This document shows positions 19,724 through 27,280 of a stretch of 64,000 nt of DNA, piece by piece. A program made the translations under genes and the position numbers. The stretch is from Vulcanimicrobiaceae bacterium (lineage in GTDB: Bacteria > Verrucomicrobiota > Verrucomicrobiia > Limisphaerales > Palsa-1400), in assembly GCA_035511075.1 (NCBI GenBank), contig DATKFW010000136.1, forward strand, positions 48,539 through 112,538. Reading direction: 5' to 3'. The notes under the pieces were generated by a model. The model was given only the letters and a program-made list of their open reading frames with translations, did not search any database and was not told the DNA's origin. Within the stretch, counting starts at the first letter, position 1, and every line of letters begins with the position of its first letter.

Positions 19724-20092
19724 ATGGATACAATCAGATTGATAGCCATTGGAGACCTTCAGGTTGGAATCATCATGTTTTTCATCAGCATGCCGCTGGT
19801 TTTTCGCCGGGTGCCGATGAACAGAACGTATGGCATCCGCATCCGAGCGGCCTTTGAGTCGGAACAACGCTGGTATGATATTAACGCCTATGGCGGGCGA
19901 CAGTTTGCGATATGCTCATGGCTTCTTATTGCTGCGGGGGTGATAGGCTTTTTTGTTTCTCCCGCGCATTTTGATGCCTACGCTTATGGCAGCCTCGGGG
20001 TTGCGATACTAGTAGTCACGATACCGGTTGTTCTGATTTTAAGATGTAGCCGAAGGCCGGCATCGCTCAACAAGCCGGATGCACCGCGATGA
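19724..20092 (+). CDS. SdpI-like small membrane protein
   Basis: 122 aa with three hydrophobic helices. The motif VPMNRTYGIRIRAAFESEQRWYDINAYGGRQF resembles the SdpI/YhfL pattern PN..GIRT......W. Confidence 0.5.
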   Translation: MDTIRLIAIGDLQVGIIMFFISMPLVFRRVPMNRTYGIRIRAAFESEQRWYDINAYGGRQFAICSWLLIAAGVIGFFVSPAHFDAYAYGSLGVAILVVTIPVVLILRCSRRPASLNKPDAPR

Positions 20093-20484
20093 AATTCTAT
20101 TGGCTCACGCTGGGAACACTGGCGGTGTGGCGAATCACCCACTTGCTCCAAGCTGAGGATGGCCCGTGGGACGTGGTGGTTCGCCTGCGTGTCGCGGTGG
20201 GAAATGGTTTTTGGGGCAGGCTGCTGGATTGCTTTTATTGCTTGAGCGTCTGGATTTCGGCGCCCCTTGCCCTATGGATTGGGGAAACCTGGCGGGAGCG
20301 CATTTTGTTGTGGCTTTCGTTTTCCGCGGGGGCAATACTTTTGCAAAGAGCAACGAAATCAGAACCGAAAGCTCCGCCCGCATTTTTTGTGGAGGAGCCA
20401 CCGGAGAAGGACCAGGATGGCGTGCTGCGGACAGAAGAGAAACCAGGCGGCCCGGCCGGCGACGCCGGTCCGGCAAAACATTAG
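20089..20484 (+). CDS. DUF1360-like membrane protein
   Basis: 131 aa. WRITHLLQAEDGPWDVVVRLR followed by LDCFYCLSVWISAPLAL matches the DUF1360 pattern as I remember it. ATGA overlap with the upstream gene. Confidence 0.55.
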   Translation: MKFYWLTLGTLAVWRITHLLQAEDGPWDVVVRLRVAVGNGFWGRLLDCFYCLSVWISAPLALWIGETWRERILLWLSFSAGAILLQRATKSEPKAPPAFFVEEPPEKDQDGVLRTEEKPGGPAGDAGPAKH

Positions 20485-20692
20485 ACCACCTGCGCCTGCC
20501 CCAATGGCCATGAGCCCGCCGTTGGTCGGGCCGGAAATCACCGCTTTTCAATACACTGGCTCAACCGCCCTGACTGCAGTTGGTCCGCTTTCGGGACGGC
20601 GGTACGAATTCACGCGGCCTGGGGCTGTAATTGCGGTGGATCCCCGAGATCGCGCTTCCCTGGCGAATGTGCCGCACTTGCGACAGGTTTGA
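20417..20692 (+). CDS. Small conserved-looking protein with MACCGQKR N-terminus (91 aa)
   Basis: The ATG at 20417 is preceded by GGAGAAGG 7 nt upstream. C-terminal pattern: FQYTGSTALTAVGPLSGRRYEFTRPGAVIAVDPRDRASLANVPHLRQV. A diverged copy of its last 36 codons is kept in frame at 22875..22982. The start is uncertain (alternative Met at 20504). Confidence 0.4.
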   Translation: MACCGQKRNQAARPATPVRQNIRPPAPAPMAMSPPLVGPEITAFQYTGSTALTAVGPLSGRRYEFTRPGAVIAVDPRDRASLANVPHLRQV

Positions 20693-20694
20693 GA

Positions 20695-22821
20695 TCAGGT
20701 CATCAAACCGGCCAGAGCGGCTGCCCAAACCGGAATCAGAATGAAGCCGAGAATTTTATAAAGGTAACCGAGCCACAACACCTTTTCTCGACCGGGTTTC
20801 GGCTCCCATAGGTCGTAGGTCTGTAGATCAATAACTGGCAGGAAAAGATCAATCGTGTACCAAAAGCCGCCTACTATCTGATATAGTGCTCTCTGCCGAG
20901 GGTGGCCCTTCCGCTGCATACACGGCACGAAAACAATGACGCCGATGAAAATAATGAGCGCGCTCCAGCCGGCAGCCCAGAGCGGGCGCCGCCCGAATCC
21001 AACCGAGTAGTAGAGAAAACTATTCAAACACCGTTCTCCGGAATAGAGTGGGAACGTTTGACGCTCCTGGGTTTTTGCCTCAAGGAAAACGTCATCCGCC
21101 AGTTCAGAGTGACCTTCCCGCGCGAGATAGGCCTCGAACTCGGAGTAAACGTCAACGGCGTATGCCGAGCGGTTGGTAAGCACCCAATTGATATTGGTCC
21201 AGGACTCGACAAAATTAGTATCGCTGGGGGCGCTGCTCACTTGCCATGTGGCCTGAATGCGTTTGTAGTTCAAACCCTCGAAACGCACCAGGTTGGTGGC
21301 GTGGTCAATATTGGTTTGCCACTCGGTTTTGATCAAATACAAGTTCTGAATGTTCGCATTTTGGAACGAGACAATGTTGTCAAAGCGGGCATTGCTGAAG
21401 AAGGCGGAGCCATCCACATTCATCGACCCAAAATCCGCGTTGGCAGTGAAGGACCAGCGGGCATTGGCCACCTTACGTATATCCACCGGGCTCCTTGCGT
21501 CGGTAAAGCGGGCGGAGGAGAAATCCATGTTCCCGCCGATTTGGACCAGCATAAATCTGGCGGGTCCCGCGAAGGTCGCTTCTGAAAGGTCGGCTGTACC
21601 CTTCACCTTCATCGCCAGAAAATCGGCCACCCCGTTTGAGCCGAAGGCGCAGCCAGACGACCTCAGATCTCCGGCAATGCTCGCATTCCCGAAATCAACC
21701 CCCCCCGCGAAATCGGCCCCTTCTAGGACGGCTTCCCCGCAACGCAGGCTGTAAAAGTTAACGCCGGAATTGGTGGAATTAAATTGAACGTTCGCGATGG
21801 AGAACTGGTTGTTGATGACTGCGAAACCCCACGAGACATCGCCATCAAAAATGGCGCAACCCAGGTCGGCGGAGTCCTCCACTGTCAGGGTGTCGAACAA
21901 CGCGCCCCCGTGAAAGTCGGCGCCCCACGCCGTAAATTTTTTTGCGACGCTGGCCCCGGAGATGTCCACATTGGTTGCGAAGTAGGTATCCCGGAAAACC
22001 GTGACCTTGATGGAGTTGGTCCCCGTCGCGGAACCCGACCAGAGGGAATAGGCGCGATTCTGTTTCCCAGCCAGGAGTTGCAGGCGCCCTGCCTGCAAAT
22101 TCTCGGATCGAAGTTCAAAGTCATCCGACAGCGTTTCGCCGTTGGTCAGGAATTGCGCTGCCACCGTCGCTCTCGAATTCGTGGTAAGCCCGTTGGTCGC
22201 AGGAAAAGAGAATTCGGCGACGCTGTCGAGGGAAACCGAATGGCCGACTTTAAATCCGGTGAAGGCGGCGCCATTGGCAAACCAGGCTCCCCCGCATGTC
22301 AAATCAGCAGCGATCTGGACATGAGTGAATTGCGCGTTCGTGCAAAAAACCGCCCTTGAAAGATCAAGGTCTCCATCGATTCTGGTATCGTCAACAACTG
22401 CGGGTTTATGGAAGACAGTTCGCGCGAACGAGACGCTCTTGAGGAAATGAGTGCTTGAGAAATCTGCTCCTTCGCTAAGGTCGCAACCCTCCAACGCGAA
22501 GCTGGGGGCAATCTCCATATTCTTCAGGTCCAGGAGACCCACCACGATGGCGTTAGTGATATTGATTCCCTGGTGGGGCATCGCAGAATTCGTCAGCAAG
22601 TACATGAGGAAACCGGCTCTAATATTTCGGTTCGTATCGGACGGCCCCGCCGGCTTGCCCTGAAGGAGCAAGTCATTGATGTTGGTTTCCGCCGGAAAAT
22701 CAAGTGAGGGTTGCCAAGAGATATGCTCCGGATCAAGCGTCCCCGCCGCCGCATCCTGGCCGGAAACGCATTTTCCCGCCACGACCAGACACACGCACAA
22801 AACTAATCGAAACCTCCTCAT
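20695..22821 (-). CDS. Pentapeptide-like repeat protein with C-terminal membrane domain
   Basis: 708 aa with a signal peptide and a long run of degenerate 5-residue repeats (ADFSSTHFLKSVSFARTVF, DLSRAVFCTNAQFTHVQI, etc). The C-terminus has two or three TM helices and the motif FGRRPLWAAGW...YTIDLFLPVIDLQTYDLW, as seen in pentapeptide membrane proteins. Confidence 0.7.
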   Translation of the reverse strand: MRRFRLVLCVCLVVAGKCVSGQDAAAGTLDPEHISWQPSLDFPAETNINDLLLQGKPAGPSDTNRNIRAGFLMYLLTNSAMPHQGINITNAIVVGLLDLKNMEIAPSFALEGCDLSEGADFSSTHFLKSVSFARTVFHKPAVVDDTRIDGDLDLSRAVFCTNAQFTHVQIAADLTCGGAWFANGAAFTGFKVGHSVSLDSVAEFSFPATNGLTTNSRATVAAQFLTNGETLSDDFELRSENLQAGRLQLLAGKQNRAYSLWSGSATGTNSIKVTVFRDTYFATNVDISGASVAKKFTAWGADFHGGALFDTLTVEDSADLGCAIFDGDVSWGFAVINNQFSIANVQFNSTNSGVNFYSLRCGEAVLEGADFAGGVDFGNASIAGDLRSSGCAFGSNGVADFLAMKVKGTADLSEATFAGPARFMLVQIGGNMDFSSARFTDARSPVDIRKVANARWSFTANADFGSMNVDGSAFFSNARFDNIVSFQNANIQNLYLIKTEWQTNIDHATNLVRFEGLNYKRIQATWQVSSAPSDTNFVESWTNINWVLTNRSAYAVDVYSEFEAYLAREGHSELADDVFLEAKTQERQTFPLYSGERCLNSFLYYSVGFGRRPLWAAGWSALIIFIGVIVFVPCMQRKGHPRQRALYQIVGGFWYTIDLFLPVIDLQTYDLWEPKPGREKVLWLGYLYKILGFILIPVWAAALAGLMT

Positions 22822-22874
22822 TGGAATTGGGTTTCTTTCCAGTACGCCGGCTCATCCGCCTTGATCCCATCGCC

Positions 22875-22982
22875 CCGCTTCCAGAATGGCGTTATCAATT
22901 CCCGCGCCTCGGGGCTGTCATTGCAGTGGATCCCCTGCATCGAGCTTCCCTGGCGGCTGCGCCGCACTTGCGACAGGTCTGA
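22875..22982 (+). pseudogene. 3' fragment (last 36 codons) of a paralogue of the 20417..20692 gene
   Basis: Aligns without gaps to 20585..20692 at an offset of 2290 nt, with 21 mismatches in 108 nt by my count. It keeps the frame and the stop codon (EWRYQFPRLGAVIAVDPLHRASLAAAPHLRQV*). Everything upstream is antisense to the 708-aa gene. Confidence 0.6.
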
Positions 22983-23137
22983 ACCTCTGTCTCCGTCTTC
23001 AGCCTTGCGAACCTGGCTTGAACAAGTTTTCTTGAAGACCACTTACGAGTGAAACAGAGTTCTCAGCGTCGGGTAAACTTGCTTGGCATGTTTGTTGTTG
23101 GCGGTGAGTTGGAATTGCTTGGAACTGAAGCAGATGG

Positions 23138-26100
23138 TCACGGCTTGCTTGTCGCAGGAGGCCGAGTCTTGGCTATCTCCAGGTCCAGGTGGAAATGAAG
23201 GATGAGTGGGTCTGGTCCGTGCCAGTTAAGCTTGGAACTGCCGCTGTCACCCGTGAACACCACGTTTCGACTGCCGGTTTTCTGGTTGACCTCCTGGGCC
23301 ACACCAAAATCGTTATAGAGCACGCGCCAGCGGGCCCCAAGTAATTTGGCTGTCGAATCCAAAGCAAGGAGGAAGCGCACAGCAAGCTGGTGCGGCCAGA
23401 AACCGCGTTGATCGAGCGAGCTGCTAAGAAACAGGTCCGTCGAGAATCCCCTGCCAGCCCAGGAACCCCCGCCGTGACCGGCATAATTGCCCGCTTTGAA
23501 CGCTGGGGCAGCGGGGTCGGCTGCCAGGCGGCTGAGAAAATCAGCCAGTTCCGGCGCGACGCCCGGCATATTCTTCTGTGGCTGTAGGCTAGCTGGGATT
23601 TCGACAAGCTCGTTGGGATCGACTTCGTAGGTCGGCTCAAAGTCTTTAAGATAAGCTGCCTTCTGGTCAATAGTGAGGAAGTCAACCTGCTCGCGGCGCC
23701 CCACCGCCCAAGCGCGATTAATGCCTTCCATTTGGTTTAAAGCCCATTCCTGCTGGTCACAGCGCACAGATACCATATCCGCTTCGACTTCGGCCGCGAT
23801 GGCTTCAGGTGACTTGGCCGGCGGTTGGGCTTCCGTTTTTGCGACCTTCGGTTTGGCGCTTTTTTCCTTGGTGAGGCGTTTACGTTGGTTGTCCAGTTTG
23901 GATTGCATGATCCGCAACCATCCGGGACCGAAACGCGCCAACGCACCCGCAACGGTGTTGCCATAATCGGTGAGAAGTTCATCTTCAAATTTGGCGCCAA
24001 GTTCAGTCGTCACAGTGGCGGCGTCCTGATGCAAGACAGCCGCTTGCGCATCAGCGATTTTCTTTGCCGCCGCTTTCTTGGCAGCAGCAGCGGCTTGGGT
24101 TCTGGCGCGGCTTGTTGCTCCCTTATCTTTGGGGTCAAGACCTTCTGTCGCTGCTTTGACGGCTGCGTCAGTGTCTGCCTTTGCTTCCTCCGTTGCGCGT
24201 TTCTTGGCAGCGGCGATATCAGTTTGATAGCGCTTGTTGATTTCCTCAGTAACGACCCTGGCGGCATGACACTGCGCAAGATCTTTGGCGAACTTGGCGC
24301 GCTCAGCGTCGCCGCCGAAAGCCCCTGAGTTCGGGGCGGGCAGCACAGCCTTTTCGGCGGGAGGAAGCGTAGGAGCAGGTGCTTTGGTGCATCCCACGAC
24401 TACGATGTTACGCGAAGGCGCATCCGGGCATGCGGCCATTCCGGATGGATTGGGGGTATGTCCGCCGGGAGTTTCTGCAGGAAGAGTTGTCGCGGAGGGA
24501 ATCGTGGCCGGAACGGCGTCCGGCTGGGGGGTGCTGGCCTGTGGCCCCTCGGCCAAGCTCGGCATTGCCGCTGCACCGGAAGTCGGAGATTGTGTCTCGG
24601 CAGATTGGGATGACCCGTCGGTGACCGCCGGAGATTTAGACGCGCCCGCGTCTGGAGCATTTACCACCTGGTGCGCCGCCGACTCCGCCTCACGCTCCTC
24701 TCGGTTGTTCTTACTTTCGCTATCATTCGGATTCTCTGGCGATTTCTGGAGGCGCTGGGGGTTGGTTTGGGCGTTCGCGTGAGCGGGCTGGGACGACGGT
24801 CTGCCGACGGCGCTTTCAAGCAGCGCAAGATTCTCCTTGACCCAACTGCTCATTGGGTTCGGGTCGGTGTCGAACGCACTTCCGGGGGGCTTTGCCTTAA
24901 TTAGCGCCCGCCACCCATTGAGATCCTTAGTGTTATAAAACCAGGTCAGCACCAACGGATCCTGGTAAATCTCGAATCCGCGTTCCATGTAGGCAATGTC
25001 CGCGCCTGCCTTCATGATGGCGGCGATGTAGTTGATGGCGCCTTGCGAGGTCGAGAGAATCGCCTTTCGATTTGCCAGTGACTGCTTTGGCAGGTAGCCT
25101 GCATCCTCCGTTTGCTTTGCGGCCGTATCTTCGTCGAAGAAGTCGTCATACGGGTGTTTGTAAATCTTATTCAAATCCTTATAAACGTGTACTTTACCAG
25201 GTCCCATGGAACTGGGTGTCCAAGCAGAACGCACGTTTTCAATTGCCTCCCACGCGATCGCCCCGGCAATCGCACGGCGGTCGACTCCGAACCTGGTTTC
25301 GGCAGCTTCGATCTCGGTCTGGTGAATTCTAAGCCAACGCTCGACGCGCATTTTTGGATCGCTGGAGATGGGCGCATCACCCAATTCGTAGGAAAGAGGG
25401 GCGTTGCTATGCTCTACCGCCGATTTGCATTCTTCGTCCGTCGGGGTGACATCTTCGGCGTAACCAGTCTGCTTCCGGCACTCTTCGTTGTAGGCCTTTA
25501 TATTCTCGGCGGTAGGCACCCCGCCAGGTAGCGAGCACCCTCCCAATCGCCTCACGCATGCGGCCTGCCATTCCCGATCCGGATCCATTTTCCGTGCCAA
25601 CGATGGTAAAGAAGAGGAGATTGGGAAACGTGGCGGTTCGTTTCCCTTGGCTTCTCGTGTGGCAGAATCGCCTTCGCGCCTGGCGGTGGCCTCGTCCGCC
25701 GCGTTCAATCCGCCTGGTTCCTTCTCCACGGCGGGCCGCGGTCCTCTCTGTTGAAGTGTGTGAGTCAGTTCGTGGGCCAACAACATTTGACCTTCATTCG
25801 TGGCGGGGGCGAACCGTCCGTCACCGAATACCACATGCTGCCCAACGGTGTACGCCAGCGCGTTGACGGCCCGCGCTGATTCCGCCGCTTTGAGGTCCGT
25901 ATGCACTCGGACCTGGCTGAAATCGCGCCCGAAACGCGGCTCCATAAACGTGCGTGTGGCGACGTCAAGTGGTTGGCCAGGGGAGTGCAACACCTCGCCC
26001 ACGACGCCCGGCTCGACCGCAGGCCCCGCAACTCCCGCCGTTTGCCGATGAATGGTCGCTTGCCTTTGTTTGCACTCTTCGCACATCTCCCCACCCGATG

Positions 26101-27265
26101 CCATGCAGGGGCAGGGCGCTCCGAAGGCATGACCTTCACCGGCCCGCACAACATGCTCAGCGACGCGGTCCGCCTCCTCTTCCGCGGGGTCGCCCGGATT
26201 GCTGATGGCCAGCTTCGCCTGGAGGGCACCGGCGGTTCGAGTATTGGAAGCCGTGGGTCCAGCGGTGGGCTGATCTTTTACGCCTGCCGCGCGGAGAAAG
26301 AAGCCGACTGCAGCAGCAGTCGCAAAACCAAGTCCGGCGAGGATTGCTCCTATTTCGCAAGCCCCGCTGGCAAAACACGCCACAATTGCCGCCCCGATCA
26401 CGTACGCGCCGGCGGCAATGAGCACGACGACGAGGGCTTTCGGCAGATATTTGCGCAAGCTGTCCCAAACGCTTTCATTTTCAACCTGTGAATCGCGCAT
26501 CGATTCCGCCGGTTTCGGCGGATATTCCTTTTGGCCGAATTCAACGGCCTCGTCCAGGGCAGTTTGCTGCTCCGGAGTCAAAGAGTATCCTCTGCAGTCA
26601 TCGTCAATGTCCCATTCGGTTCGTTTCTGGCGGAGTCGGTCGCGGTCGTAATAATACCGGTCACGATGCCCCTCCCAGGAGCCGTAATCAGGGTCGGCGT
26701 CTTCGACGCGGCGGTGGTACTTGTACAATTCGTGAATATCGTCCTGCGCGTCTCTGAATCGCTTTGCAACTTCGTCGAGCAGGGCAATGATTTGCTGGAG
26801 CAAATCCAGGCAGGGATCGGGACCGCCGGGCGTGCCAGCGACTTGCCGAAATACTGAGGCGGCGCCTGGAGTTGGCGATATCTCTTGCACGGGCGCGGGC
26901 GGCTCTGACTCGGTGGCCTTCCGTTGAACGCCAGCCTGTTTCTTTTTGCAATCGTCGCAGAGTTCACCACCGGAAAGCTGGCACGGGCACGGTGAGCCGA
27001 AGGGATCATGGTTCTCTTCCATGCGCATGACCTGGTCGGCCATTTGGTCGGCCTCGCGCTCCTCGGGGTCGCCCGGACTGCTGATGGCCAGCTTGGCTTG
27101 GATGGCGCCGGAGCGGAGCAATTCTTGCACGGCCTGATTCCCTGCCTGTTGCTGAAGTTGCAGCATAGGATGCAATGCAGGGTCCGCGGGCGACGCTTCC
27201 GGCATGCGCCGATTCGGAAGGGCTAGGTGTCCGTTCTGTTTCTTGTTGTCCAGCAGGTGTTCCAT
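23138..27265 (-). CDS. Large DUF4157-domain protein (1375 aa), putative CIS cargo/effector; two leader modules, TM segment, long unknown C-terminal region
   Basis: Last gene of the CIS operon. Leader 1 (residues ~30-115) is LQQQAGNQAVQELLRSGAIQAKLAISSPGDPEEREADQMADQVMR...CPCQLSGGELCDDCKKKQ. A hydrophobic block follows (LVVVLIAAGAYVIGAAIVACFASGACEIGAILAGLGFATAAAVGFFL). A second leader (LQAKLAISNPGDPAEEEADRVAEHVVR...CPCMASGGEMCEECKQRQ) then runs into the DUF4157 core (RFGRDFSQVRVHTD...AYTVGQHVVFG...LLAHELTHTLQ). Confidence 0.8.
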   Translation of the reverse strand: MEHLLDNKKQNGHLALPNRRMPEASPADPALHPMLQLQQQAGNQAVQELLRSGAIQAKLAISSPGDPEEREADQMADQVMRMEENHDPFGSPCPCQLSGGELCDDCKKKQAGVQRKATESEPPAPVQEISPTPGAASVFRQVAGTPGGPDPCLDLLQQIIALLDEVAKRFRDAQDDIHELYKYHRRVEDADPDYGSWEGHRDRYYYDRDRLRQKRTEWDIDDDCRGYSLTPEQQTALDEAVEFGQKEYPPKPAESMRDSQVENESVWDSLRKYLPKALVVVLIAAGAYVIGAAIVACFASGACEIGAILAGLGFATAAAVGFFLRAAGVKDQPTAGPTASNTRTAGALQAKLAISNPGDPAEEEADRVAEHVVRAGEGHAFGAPCPCMASGGEMCEECKQRQATIHRQTAGVAGPAVEPGVVGEVLHSPGQPLDVATRTFMEPRFGRDFSQVRVHTDLKAAESARAVNALAYTVGQHVVFGDGRFAPATNEGQMLLAHELTHTLQQRGPRPAVEKEPGGLNAADEATARREGDSATREAKGNEPPRFPISSSLPSLARKMDPDREWQAACVRRLGGCSLPGGVPTAENIKAYNEECRKQTGYAEDVTPTDEECKSAVEHSNAPLSYELGDAPISSDPKMRVERWLRIHQTEIEAAETRFGVDRRAIAGAIAWEAIENVRSAWTPSSMGPGKVHVYKDLNKIYKHPYDDFFDEDTAAKQTEDAGYLPKQSLANRKAILSTSQGAINYIAAIMKAGADIAYMERGFEIYQDPLVLTWFYNTKDLNGWRALIKAKPPGSAFDTDPNPMSSWVKENLALLESAVGRPSSQPAHANAQTNPQRLQKSPENPNDSESKNNREEREAESAAHQVVNAPDAGASKSPAVTDGSSQSAETQSPTSGAAAMPSLAEGPQASTPQPDAVPATIPSATTLPAETPGGHTPNPSGMAACPDAPSRNIVVVGCTKAPAPTLPPAEKAVLPAPNSGAFGGDAERAKFAKDLAQCHAARVVTEEINKRYQTDIAAAKKRATEEAKADTDAAVKAATEGLDPKDKGATSRARTQAAAAAKKAAAKKIADAQAAVLHQDAATVTTELGAKFEDELLTDYGNTVAGALARFGPGWLRIMQSKLDNQRKRLTKEKSAKPKVAKTEAQPPAKSPEAIAAEVEADMVSVRCDQQEWALNQMEGINRAWAVGRREQVDFLTIDQKAAYLKDFEPTYEVDPNELVEIPASLQPQKNMPGVAPELADFLSRLAADPAAPAFKAGNYAGHGGGSWAGRGFSTDLFLSSSLDQRGFWPHQLAVRFLLALDSTAKLLGARWRVLYNDFGVAQEVNQKTGSRNVVFTGDSGSSKLNWHGPDPLILHFHLDLEIAKTRPPATSKP

Positions 27266-27280
27266 AACAGAATGCCTATG

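Noticed and set aside
22704-22874. Upstream part of the 92-aa ORF at 22704..22982, considered as an intact second copy of the small gene
   Set aside because: Only the last 36 codons resemble the 20417..20692 protein. The upstream part is antisense to the 708-aa gene's 5' end and shows no similarity.
24285-24782. Plus-strand ORFs inside the 1375-aa gene (for example 24285..24782 and 25901..26491), considered as possible immunity genes
   Set aside because: They are antisense to the coding strand, low in complexity and lack start-site signals. No convincing small same-strand ORF follows either DUF4157 gene.
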